The notes below the pieces were generated by a model that worked only from the letters and a program-made list of their open reading frames with translations, was not told the DNA's origin and did no database searches. Source: Chitinophagaceae bacterium (lineage in GTDB: Bacteria; Bacteroidota; Bacteroidia; Chitinophagales; Chitinophagaceae). From it: DNA of 64,000 nt. Made by a program: the position numbers and the translations under genes. Below are positions 54,679 through 63,351 of the stretch, one piece after another. Location: contig JAKFCE010000006.1 of assembly GCA_036676905.1 (NCBI GenBank), forward strand, positions 235,402 to 299,401, given 5' to 3'. Within the stretch, counting starts at the first letter, position 1. Each line of letters starts with the position of its first letter.

Positions 54679-56592
54679 ATGAGATATATATTCGTCCTCC
54701 TTTGCGCGCTGGCATTAGGTAACGCCCAAGCGCAAACGCTTTTCACTTATGGCAAGGATAAGGTAAGCGCAGATGAGTTCCTGCGTGCTTATAATAAGTC
54801 GGCCTCTAGCTCCGACCCGGTAAGCGTAGGCGAATACCTGGAGCTCTACATCGCTTCCCGCCTCAAAGTGAAGGAGGCCAGGCAAAGGGGTTACGATACG
54901 CTGCCGCAGATCATTTCCGAGCTGGCCAACCTCAGGGCGCAGCTCACCCCTTCCTACATGAACGACGAAGAAGGCACGCAAGCCCTGGTGGACGAGGCCT
55001 TTGCCCGCTCGCAGAAAGACATTCGTCTCTCGCATATTTTTATCTCGCTGGCGCCGGATTCCAATGCGGCGAAGAAGAAGCTGGAAGACGCCTTGAAGGT
55101 GTTGAACAATGGCGCTGATTTTTCTTCGGTAGCCAAAATGTATTCAGAAGATCCCTCGGTACAATCCAATGGGGGTGACATAGGATACATTACCGTATTC
55201 AGCCTTCCCTATGAGCTGGAAAACCTCGCTTATCAAACAGCGCCTGGAAAGATCTCTGTTCCCCATCGTTCCAGGTCGGGCTATCATATTTTTAAAAACA
55301 ATGGAGAAAGAAAAGCGCTGGGCAAAATGAGGGCGGCGCAGATATTGATCGCCTACCCTCCGGGAGCCAGCGATGCTGCCAGGGCTGATGCCAGGAGAAG
55401 AGCAGACTCCATCTATCAACTGCTGGTAAAAGGCGGCGACTTCAGCAAGCTGGCGGAGGAATTCAGTAACGACGTGGTGTCCGCTGCCTCAGGCGGTATG
55501 ATCCCCGAATTCGGGGTAGGAGAATTCGAACAGACCTTTGAAAACCAGGTATTCGGACTGAAAGAAGACAATGCACTCTCAAGTCCATTTGAAACAGCGC
55601 ATGGCTGGCATATTGTGAAGCGCATGAGCCTGAGGCCGGTGCCGGCTAGCATGGACGATGAGTACAGGCTGCAGGTGAGGGAAAAAGTAGAACTGACAGA
55701 CCGTGTGTTGACCCTGCGCGTACGATTGATGAATAAAGTAGTAAAGCTGGTGCCGCATAAAACGAGCAACTTTAAGCCTTCAGACCTCTGGGCTTTTTCA
55801 GACAGCAGCTTCAACAATCTTGCACCCAAAGGAAGCCGCAGTTTACAAACTAGCACTACCCTGTTCACCACCGTAAAAGAAAAGACCAGCGTTGCCGACT
55901 GGATAAGCTGGGCCCAGGTGAACCGTTTTAAAAGAGATGGCTCAGGCTTCAAGCCCTATCCTGAATTGTGGCAGGAATTCCTGGAGCACCAGGCGCTTCA
56001 ATACTATTCCAATCACCTCGAGGACTATGATCCTGCTTTCCGCCAGCAGCTGGAAGAATTCAAAGAGGGCAATCTATTCTTCGAGATCATGCAAAGGGAG
56101 GTCTGGGAAAAAGCGCAGATGGATACCATTGCACTGAAAAATTACTACGCCAAGCATAAGGACCGCTACCGGTGGAAGAAAAGCGCGGATGCAGTGATCT
56201 TCTTTGCCAACGACCCAGAGACCGCTAATGAGGCCCGCGACGCATTGAAAACAAGGACCTGGAAGGAAGTGCAGCGTGATTTCAGCAACCGCATCATTGC
56301 CGACTCGGCCAGATACGAGACCGACCAGCTGCCTAACGGGAGCAGCGAACCGATAAGGGCCGGACAGCTGACCACGGTGGCCACCAACGCCGACAACAGC
56401 GCCTCGTTCGCCTATGTTATTAAGGTGTACGAACAACCGGAAACAAGAAGCTTTGAAGAGGCCAAGGGCATGGTGATCAACGACTACCAGGCAGAACTGG
56501 ATAAGGAATGGATAGCAAAGCTGAAGAAAAAATACCCGGTGGTGATCGATAAGAAGGTTTGGGCAGAAGTGCAGACTGCAGTTACCCGCTAA
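54679..56592 (+). CDS. Periplasmic peptidyl-prolyl cis-trans isomerase (SurA/PpiD-like, parvulin type)
   Basis: Signal peptide and parvulin motifs (IRLSHIFI, GGDIGYI, SGYHIFK, ETAHGWHIVK). Confidence 0.85.
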   Translation: MRYIFVLLCALALGNAQAQTLFTYGKDKVSADEFLRAYNKSASSSDPVSVGEYLELYIASRLKVKEARQRGYDTLPQIISELANLRAQLTPSYMNDEEGTQALVDEAFARSQKDIRLSHIFISLAPDSNAAKKKLEDALKVLNNGADFSSVAKMYSEDPSVQSNGGDIGYITVFSLPYELENLAYQTAPGKISVPHRSRSGYHIFKNNGERKALGKMRAAQILIAYPPGASDAARADARRRADSIYQLLVKGGDFSKLAEEFSNDVVSAASGGMIPEFGVGEFEQTFENQVFGLKEDNALSSPFETAHGWHIVKRMSLRPVPASMDDEYRLQVREKVELTDRVLTLRVRLMNKVVKLVPHKTSNFKPSDLWAFSDSSFNNLAPKGSRSLQTSTTLFTTVKEKTSVADWISWAQVNRFKRDGSGFKPYPELWQEFLEHQALQYYSNHLEDYDPAFRQQLEEFKEGNLFFEIMQREVWEKAQMDTIALKNYYAKHKDRYRWKKSADAVIFFANDPETANEARDALKTRTWKEVQRDFSNRIIADSARYETDQLPNGSSEPIRAGQLTTVATNADNSASFAYVIKVYEQPETRSFEEAKGMVINDYQAELDKEWIAKLKKKYPVVIDKKVWAEVQTAVTR

Positions 56593-56649
56593 ACCACAAC
56601 CTCTGGCCTGTCCTCGCGTCATAGCGCCTTCGCGCCCTTGCGTTGAAGG

Positions 56650-57603
56650 TTAAACGATCTCCTTCACAACATTGGAAATGATATGGGGCTTGCCCAAAGT
56701 GTAATAGTGCAGCACGGGCACACCCGCCGCTTTTAATTCTTTCGATTGCTGCAACAGCCATTCTGTACCTACGATCTCCACTTCCGCATCGGTCTTGCAT
56801 TTGAGGATCTCATTGGACAGGGCCTCAGGAATATCCACATGAAAGGTGCGCGGTATCACGGTCAGCTGCTTTTTTGTGCTCATGGGCTTTAGGCCCGGTA
56901 TGATAGGCACATTGATGCCCATGCCCCGGCACAACTTCACGAATTCGAAATATTTCGCATTGTCGAAGAACATTTGGGTGGTCACATATTCTGCTCCCGC
57001 ATCCACTTTTGCTTTCAGGTAGTTCAGGTCGGCCTGCATATTGGGCGCCTCGAAATGCTTTTCGGGATAGCCGGCCACGCCGATGCAGAAATTTGTCTTC
57101 ACTGCATTTTTCAGGTCTTCCTCCAGGTAGATGCCATTGTTCATATTGATCACCTGCTGCATCAGTTCCTGTGCGTATTTATGTCCGCCTGGCTCCGGCT
57201 CGAAAGAGCTTTCATTTTTGGGAGCATCGCCCCTGAGCACCAGCACATTGTCTATGCCCAGGAAGTTCAGGTCAATCAGGGCGTCTTCAGTTTCCTGCTT
57301 GGAGAAGCCACCGCAGATCAGGTGGGCCACCGCATCTACCTTGTAGCGGTTCATGATGGCGGCGCAAATACCTACCGTACCCGGACGCTTCCTCACCTCC
57401 ACCTTTTCAAAAGTGCCATCAGGCTTCTTTTTGAACATGCTTTCGCTGCGGTGATAGGTCACGTTCACGAAACTGGGCTTGAACTCGATCAGCGGGTCCA
57501 GGTGATCCCAAAGGGCCTGGATTCCCTTGCCTTTGAGTGGGGGAAGTATCTCAAAGGATACAAGCGGGGCGCTGGCTGCGTTGATATGATCGATGACCTT
57601 CAT
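56650..57603 (-). CDS. metF: Methylenetetrahydrofolate reductase
   Basis: VSFEILPPLKG, VTYH and HLICGG motifs. Start moved to ATG 57603 (MKVIDHINAAS). Confidence 0.9.
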   Translation of the reverse strand: MKVIDHINAASAPLVSFEILPPLKGKGIQALWDHLDPLIEFKPSFVNVTYHRSESMFKKKPDGTFEKVEVRKRPGTVGICAAIMNRYKVDAVAHLICGGFSKQETEDALIDLNFLGIDNVLVLRGDAPKNESSFEPEPGGHKYAQELMQQVINMNNGIYLEEDLKNAVKTNFCIGVAGYPEKHFEAPNMQADLNYLKAKVDAGAEYVTTQMFFDNAKYFEFVKLCRGMGINVPIIPGLKPMSTKKQLTVIPRTFHVDIPEALSNEILKCKTDAEVEIVGTEWLLQQSKELKAAGVPVLHYYTLGKPHIISNVVKEIV

Positions 57604-57702
57604 AAATGGCTGCAAACATAGCACAGCGTTAACTAAATACAAAAGCTCATTATCCATCTTGTTTAGAGGGCAGACCGCCTTATTTTTACTGAAATCCTCG
57701 GC

Positions 57703-58482
57703 GTGAGATTAAGAATACATACCAATGAGCTGGTAAAGCAGTACGGTCAGCGCGTGGTGGTGAACCAGGTCTCCTTCGACCTGAACCAGGGCGAGATCGT
57801 GGGGCTGTTGGGACCTAATGGCGCTGGCAAGACCACTTCTTTCTACATGGTGGTGGGCCTGATCCGGCCTGACAAAGGCAGCGTTTACCTCAATGATACC
57901 GACATCACTACCCTTCCCATGTACAAAAGGGCGCAGCTGGGCATCGGCTACCTGCCCCAGGAAGCATCGGTATTCAGGAAGCTCACCGTGGAAGAAAATA
58001 TCATGGCGGTGCTGGAAATGACCAAACTGCCTAAAAAAGACCAGCGGGCCAAGCTGGAGTCGCTGCTGGATGAATTCCACCTGCAGCATGTACGCAAAAG
58101 CAACGGCGATGTACTTAGCGGGGGTGAAAGAAGAAGGACGGAGATCGCCCGCGCCCTGGCCGTGGACCCGAAATTCATCCTGCTTGATGAACCCTTTGCC
58201 GGTATCGATCCCATTGCGGTGGAAGACATCCAGGCTATCGTGGCCAAGCTCAAATTCAAGAACATCGGTATCCTCATCACCGACCATAATGTAACCGAAA
58301 CACTCTCCATTTGCGACCGCGCCTACCTGCTGATTGAAGGAAAGATCTTCAAGCACGGAACGGCGGAGGAGCTGGCGGATGACGACCAGGTGAAGAAACT
58401 ATACCTGGGAAGGAATTTCGAATTGAAAAGAAAGGATTACCTGCTGCAGGGGATCAACCCTGATGCGCTGCCGGACTTATAG
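57703..58482 (+). CDS. lptB: LPS export ABC transporter ATP-binding protein
   Basis: Walker [10 protein letters not shown], signature LSGGERRR and Walker B ILLDEP. LptB-typical length. GTG start. Confidence 0.92.
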   Translation: MRLRIHTNELVKQYGQRVVVNQVSFDLNQGEIVGLLGPNGAGKTTSFYMVVGLIRPDKGSVYLNDTDITTLPMYKRAQLGIGYLPQEASVFRKLTVEENIMAVLEMTKLPKKDQRAKLESLLDEFHLQHVRKSNGDVLSGGERRRTEIARALAVDPKFILLDEPFAGIDPIAVEDIQAIVAKLKFKNIGILITDHNVTETLSICDRAYLLIEGKIFKHGTAEELADDDQVKKLYLGRNFELKRKDYLLQGINPDALPDL

Positions 58483-58515
58483 CTTTCCCCCGACTTTCTT
58501 ATCTTGCCTGTCCAC

Positions 58516-60027
58516 ATGAGGATCTTAAGCCCTGCCATATCATCGCTGGCACGCATGCGCCAGTGGTCCATTGAACAATGGATCAACGACACCCCAGGGG
58601 CGCAATTTGCCGTGTGGCAGGACCTGCTTGCCGCCGGGCAGTACACAGAATATGGCCGCAAGCTTGGTTTCTCCTCTATCCAGTCGCTGGATCAATTCAA
58701 AAAACAGGTACCGCTCACCGAATACGAAGACCTGAAACCCTACATCGAAAGAATGATGAAGGGAGAGGAAAACGTATTGTGGAATACACCGGTCACCTGG
58801 TTTGCCAAAAGCAGCGGCACCACTTCCGAAAAAAGCAAATTCATCCCTGTTAGCGAGGAAAGCCTGAAAGACAATCACTATAAGGCCTCGAAGGATGTAT
58901 TAAGTTTTTACTATTCCTCTCACCCCGACAGCGATCTGCTCACCGGCAAGGGACTGGTGATCGGTGGCAGCCACCAGATCAACCAGGTGAACGGGGAGAT
59001 CCAATATGGCGATCTCAGCGCCGTGATCCTGCAGAACTCCCCCTTCTGGGGCCACTGGCTGCGCACACCCGATCTTTCTATTGCCTTGATGGACGAGTGG
59101 GAGGACAAGATCGAAAAGCTGGCACAAAGCACCATCCAGGAAAACGTGACCTCCATGGCCGGCGTACCCACCTGGCTGATCGTGCTGCTCAAACGCATCC
59201 TCGAGATCACGGGTAAATCCACCATTAAAGAAGTATGGCCCAGCCTGGAACTCTATATGCATGGTGGCGTGAGCTTCGTGCCCTATAAAGCGCATTTTGA
59301 AAAACTGATCGGCGGCCCCATCAACTTTTTGGAGATGTACAATGCCTCGGAAGGATTTTTTGCTGCGCAGGACGATATCGAAGCGGAAGGCATGCTGCTG
59401 ATGTGCGACCATGGCATTTTCTACGAATTCATGCCATCGGAAGAATGGGGAAAGAAGCATCCAAAGACCATACAGCTCGATAAAGTGGAACTGGGTAAGA
59501 ATTACGCACTGGTGATCACAACCAATGGTGGCCTCTGGCGCTATGTCGTGGGCGACACCATCCAGTTTACTTCACTGAAACCCTTCCGCATCCGCGTATC
59601 AGGAAGGATGAAGCATTATATCAACGCCTTCGGCGAAGAAGTGATCATCGACAACAGCGATAAGGCCATTGCCATGGCCAGTGAGCAAACAGGCGCAGCA
59701 GTGAAAGACTATACAGCAGCGCCCATCTTCTTCAGCGACGAAGGAAATGGTGCGCACGAATGGCTGATCGAATTTTCAAAAAGGCCGGCGAGCCTCGAAG
59801 ATTTCACCAAAAAACTGGATGCCGCCCTGCAGCAGATCAACAGCGACTACGAGGCCAAGCGGTACAAAGACATAGCCCTGCGCATGCCCGTGGTGCACGA
59901 AGTGCCAGCCGGCGGCTTCGACAGCTGGCTGCAAAGCAAGGGCAAGATGGGTGGACAGCACAAAGTGCCCAGGCTGGGAAATGACAGAAAGATCTTCGAA
60001 GAGATCAAAGCTTTTGTACTGAAATAA
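58516..60027 (+). CDS. GH3 (auxin-responsive promoter / JAR1-like) family acyl-adenylate-forming protein
   Basis: SSGTTSEKSKFIP adenylation motif and YNASEGFFA and similar motifs typical of bacterial GH3-family proteins. ATG 58516 preferred over the tracked TTG at 58504. Confidence 0.85.
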   Translation: MRILSPAISSLARMRQWSIEQWINDTPGAQFAVWQDLLAAGQYTEYGRKLGFSSIQSLDQFKKQVPLTEYEDLKPYIERMMKGEENVLWNTPVTWFAKSSGTTSEKSKFIPVSEESLKDNHYKASKDVLSFYYSSHPDSDLLTGKGLVIGGSHQINQVNGEIQYGDLSAVILQNSPFWGHWLRTPDLSIALMDEWEDKIEKLAQSTIQENVTSMAGVPTWLIVLLKRILEITGKSTIKEVWPSLELYMHGGVSFVPYKAHFEKLIGGPINFLEMYNASEGFFAAQDDIEAEGMLLMCDHGIFYEFMPSEEWGKKHPKTIQLDKVELGKNYALVITTNGGLWRYVVGDTIQFTSLKPFRIRVSGRMKHYINAFGEEVIIDNSDKAIAMASEQTGAAVKDYTAAPIFFSDEGNGAHEWLIEFSKRPASLEDFTKKLDAALQQINSDYEAKRYKDIALRMPVVHEVPAGGFDSWLQSKGKMGGQHKVPRLGNDRKIFEEIKAFVLK

Positions 60028-60056
60028 TCCCCAACGCTCCATGTTCAAGTGAACAG

Positions 60057-60105
60057 CCACCACCCACTACTCACCACTCACCACTCACCACTCACTACTC
60101 ACCAT
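60057..60105 (-). repeat. Seven tandem heptamers YCACYAC (minus strand GTRGTGR)
   Basis: CCACCAC CCACTAC TCACCAC TCACCAC TCACCAC TCACTAC TCACCAT. The stop TAG of the FAD/Rieske gene (60095-60097) and its last three codons lie inside the array. Confidence 0.92.
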
Positions 60106-61618
60106 CCAACTCTACCTTTTGCAGGTCTGACCTTGCAGGTCCCGTGAGCAATTCGCCATTCACAGAGAAGCGCGAGCCATGGCAGGGACAATCCCAGCTT
60201 TTTTCCGCGCTGTTCCATCCTACTACGCATTTGGCGTGCGGACAAACAGGGCTCACTGCGTGGAGGCGTCCTCCTTCGTCTTTGAACAGCGCCATGTTCT
60301 CCCCTTCATATTTCACGAGCCTTCCTTCGCCATTGGCCAGCTCGGAAAGCTCCTTGATCTTTTTCGAGTCTGCCCGTTTAGAAATGAATTCCTTCACGAC
60401 GTCGAGGTTCTCCTTGACAAAACTCTCGAATCCCGCTACAGGCTTTACACGGCCTGGGATGAACAGGTCGGTATAGGGACTTGAGCCTTTGACAATGATG
60501 TCCCTGAGCGTGAGGGCGGCGATATGGCTGTAAGTAATACCGTTGCCACCAAATCCTGTAGCTACGTACACACCTTCGGGGTTGCCCGGGAGGTGGCCGA
60601 TGTAGGCCAGGCCGTCTGCCGGCTCGAAGAACTGCGACGACCATTTAAATGAAACCTCTTCTACTTCGTAATACTTACGGATATAGGCTTCCAGCTTCGT
60701 GAAGCATTTGTCTGTATTCTCTTCGTGACCGGTCTTATGGTCTTCCCCACCCGCAACGAGATATTTTTTTCCATCCACATCCTGCGTACGGAAATAATGA
60801 TAGGGGTCGTACATGTCGTAGGCCAGTCCGTCGGGGTAGTCACCGCCACTCAGGCGAAAGGCCATGGCATAGCTCCTATAGGGCGCACAGCGGAAATGCA
60901 GCAGGTTCACCCCGGGAGGAATGTGCGTGGCAAAGATGATTTTGTCAGCCTGGATCTCGCCGCGCGTGCTTTCTACACGGAAGGGACCATCCCCATGGGT
61001 ATGGCCGGTACGGCAATGCTGAAGGATAATGCCACCCAGGGCTTCAAATTCTTTGGCCAGTGCATACACATAGCGGGAAGGATGGATCTGTCCCTGCCGG
61101 TGAAAGACCAGCGCCTTGCTGAAGGGAATAGGAACGGGGATCTCCGTAGCAAACTCCACTTCCGCACCGGCGTCGCGGGCGGATTGATAAATATCGTTCA
61201 GCTTGCTCACCTGCTCCTCATCCTGGGCATAGAGGTATCCATCTTTCTCTTCGTAGCCGCAGTCGATCCCATATTCTTCCACATGCTGCTTAAAAAGATC
61301 CAAGGAATGTCTTGTGGCCATGTGCAGCAGGAAGGCGCTGTTCTTGCCATGGTCGTTTTTTATTTGGTTGTAGTCGTTATCCAGGAAGGTATTCAGATGA
61401 GCTGTGGTGCCCCCTGATGTGCCGAAGCAAAGATTCTTCGCCTCGGCCACGATGCATTTCTTACCCGCTTTCTGTAACAGCAGGGCTGTGGTGATGCCCG
61501 TAATGCCGCCTCCGATCACCAGTACATCGAACTTTTTCCCTTCCGGGTTGAACACGCTTCCTTCATAATCCTGCATGCCGTCCTGCCAAAGGCTGAGTGT
61601 TGCACCATCCCTGTTCAT
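60095..61618 (-). CDS. FAD-dependent oxidoreductase fused to a C-terminal Rieske [2Fe-2S] domain
   Basis: VLVIGGGITGITTA dinucleotide motif and a C-terminal CPHAKC..17 aa..CPCHGS Rieske ligands. Start moved to ATG 61618. The stop TAG 60095-60097 lies inside a heptamer array. Confidence 0.85.
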   Translation of the reverse strand: MNRDGATLSLWQDGMQDYEGSVFNPEGKKFDVLVIGGGITGITTALLLQKAGKKCIVAEAKNLCFGTSGGTTAHLNTFLDNDYNQIKNDHGKNSAFLLHMATRHSLDLFKQHVEEYGIDCGYEEKDGYLYAQDEEQVSKLNDIYQSARDAGAEVEFATEIPVPIPFSKALVFHRQGQIHPSRYVYALAKEFEALGGIILQHCRTGHTHGDGPFRVESTRGEIQADKIIFATHIPPGVNLLHFRCAPYRSYAMAFRLSGGDYPDGLAYDMYDPYHYFRTQDVDGKKYLVAGGEDHKTGHEENTDKCFTKLEAYIRKYYEVEEVSFKWSSQFFEPADGLAYIGHLPGNPEGVYVATGFGGNGITYSHIAALTLRDIIVKGSSPYTDLFIPGRVKPVAGFESFVKENLDVVKEFISKRADSKKIKELSELANGEGRLVKYEGENMALFKDEGGRLHAVSPVCPHAKCVVGWNSAEKSWDCPCHGSRFSVNGELLTGPARSDLQKVELDGE

Positions 61619-61705
61619 AAATTCCTTTTCCTGAATGCTATAAAAATAATGCCCATGGTGGGGTTGGGCATGAGTTATGATATAGACTAACAGGAGGATA
61701 AAGAC

Positions 61706-62092
61706 ATGAAGGTCATTTTTACAATAGCGGCGATGCTGGTACTTTCCCTGGCCCAAGGACAGGGAAAGATGAGTAAGCTGGTAGGCAAGTGGGAAGCCGT
61801 GGGTGCCGATAACCAGGGAGTAGGAATTGAAGTGGTGGACAGCGCCGAGATGTACATCGTGTACGGCACGGAAAAAAAGAAGATCACCTCATATAAGGCA
61901 GATCTTTCCAAATCTCCCGGATGGTTCGACTTCCTCATTAAGGATGGCGAACAGATGGTGCATTTAAAGAGCCTGATCAACTTCGTCAACGACGACCTTG
62001 TGCAGTGGCAACTCTTCGATAACGGTACGCGCCCTGATCATTTCACGGATAAGGAAGGAGAGATACTTTATTTGAGACGGAAGAAAAGTTAA
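61706..62092 (+). CDS. Small secreted hypothetical protein
   Basis: Signal peptide MKVIFTIAAMLVLSLAQG. 128 aa. One of the few genes here preceded by an AGGAGGA Shine-Dalgarno-like sequence. Confidence 0.55.
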   Translation: MKVIFTIAAMLVLSLAQGQGKMSKLVGKWEAVGADNQGVGIEVVDSAEMYIVYGTEKKKITSYKADLSKSPGWFDFLIKDGEQMVHLKSLINFVNDDLVQWQLFDNGTRPDHFTDKEGEILYLRRKKS

Positions 62093-62123
62093 ATAGTTGA
62101 CTAGTTGACTGGTTAACTGGGAA
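62093..62123 (+). repeat. Octamer array TAGTTGAC-type directly after a TAA stop
   Basis: ATAGTTGAC TAGTTGAC TGGTTAAC TGGG, starting 1 nt after the stop at 62090-62092. Confidence 0.85.
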
Positions 62124-62206
62124 ACAGCCGTAAGAATTGGTCACCGCGTCCCTCAGCGCCTTCGCGTCCCCATAATTATCGGGACCGCGTCTAAGGCAAA
62201 GATGGC

Positions 62207-62524
62207 TCACCACTTTTCTTCGTCGGGAATATCATCATTTCCTTTCTTGAACGCCTCTCTTGAACGGATCTTTTGCAGTTGCCTTTCAATGATCATGTCG
62301 GCAATGGTGGCCGCCGCATTTTTCCCTCCTGTTTCTTCCAACACTTTCTTCAGCTTCTTCTCGCTGATGTCCAGCCGGTAAAGAATACGCACCAGCCGCA
62401 GGAAGTCATTCGCTATTAAGATGTCGATTTCCTCTGCCAATCTTTGGCGCAGGTCCTCCACCTCCTTCACGGTTAAAGCATGAGAGACCAGTTGAATAAT
62501 ATCATTGGAAGGCTCTTGCATCAA
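62207..62524 (-). CDS. Hypothetical 105-aa helical protein
   Basis: ORF with a 4-nt start/stop overlap with the upstream TIGR02757-like gene. No motif recognised. Confidence 0.5.
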   Translation of the reverse strand: MMQEPSNDIIQLVSHALTVKEVEDLRQRLAEEIDILIANDFLRLVRILYRLDISEKKLKKVLEETGGKNAAATIADMIIERQLQKIRSREAFKKGNDDIPDEEKW

Positions 62525-63285
62525 TAACGTTCTTCTATTCCAAGTCCAAAGAGGGCAAAATCGTATTTAGCCGGATCCTTTGGATCAAATTCCCTCAATT
62601 TTTCTGTCAGTTCCATGGCCGTAGTCCAGTCGGTAGCTTTTCTTTCTATCAGTCCCAGCCTCCTGGCTACCCTGGCCACGTGCAGATCCACGGGACAGAC
62701 CAGGTTTTCCGGGCCGATCTTTTTCCATAGACCAAGGTCCACACCGCAGTCATCCTTCCTCACCATCCACCGCAGGAACATGTTGATGCGCTTGCAGGTA
62801 GAATGCTTCGTGGGCGTGGCAATGTGCTTGCGGGTGCGGCTGGGCGCATCGGGCAGACTGAAAAAATACTGGTAAAAGCCATCCAGTGATGCTCCCATGC
62901 TGCTGAATTTTCCCCTGGGCAAAAAAGCATCTTCCAGGCTCTGGCTCCTGTTGTAATGATAGCGGAAAAACTCCACGAAATAAAGCAGGTCGGTGGTGTT
63001 GAATGTGCGATGGCGGAACTGGAGGAGTTTCTTCAGGTCGGTTTCCTGGTGGCCGGTGCAGAACTGGTGGGGCGCATCGTCCATCAGTTTCATGAGCTCA
63101 TTGCTCTTGTTGATGATGGTGGTGCGGTTGCCCCAGGCAAAGATGGCGGCGAAAAAGCCGGCGATCTCCTGGTCCTGCTTTTTAGTAAACCGGTGCGGGA
63201 CGGAAATGGGATCGGAAGCAATGAAGGAAGGCTGGTTGTACTCCTTTACTTTCCGGTCCAAAAAAAGCTTTAATTTTTTATCCAT
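62521..63285 (-). CDS. TIGR02757/DUF2400-like uncharacterised protein
   Basis: Pattern FAAIFAWGNR...VPVDLHVARVARRLGL...DPAKYDFALFGLG recalled as TIGR02757. Start moved to ATG 63285, because the tracked GTG at 63330 is inside a repeat. Confidence 0.7.
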   Translation of the reverse strand: MDKKLKLFLDRKVKEYNQPSFIASDPISVPHRFTKKQDQEIAGFFAAIFAWGNRTTIINKSNELMKLMDDAPHQFCTGHQETDLKKLLQFRHRTFNTTDLLYFVEFFRYHYNRSQSLEDAFLPRGKFSSMGASLDGFYQYFFSLPDAPSRTRKHIATPTKHSTCKRINMFLRWMVRKDDCGVDLGLWKKIGPENLVCPVDLHVARVARRLGLIERKATDWTTAMELTEKLREFDPKDPAKYDFALFGLGIEERY

Positions 63286-63316
63286 CCACTTTTGTGAAAG
63301 GTGAAAATAAGATCCC

Positions 63317-63351
63317 TCACTACTCACCACTCACTACTCCCCACTCACCCA
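63317..63351 (-). repeat. Five tandem heptamers TCACYAC-type
   Basis: TCACTAC TCACCAC TCACTAC TCCCCAC TCACCCA. The TGA stop of the PLP-enzyme gene (63345-63347) lies inside the array, which fills almost the whole spacer to the next gene. Confidence 0.9.

Noticed and set aside
57604-57702. Possible SAM or other riboswitch in the metF 5' region
   Set aside because: The spacer is only 99 nt and is shared with the divergent lptB promoter. It lacks the conserved SAM-I/SAM-II core sequences I can recall and shows no terminator or anti-terminator arrangement.
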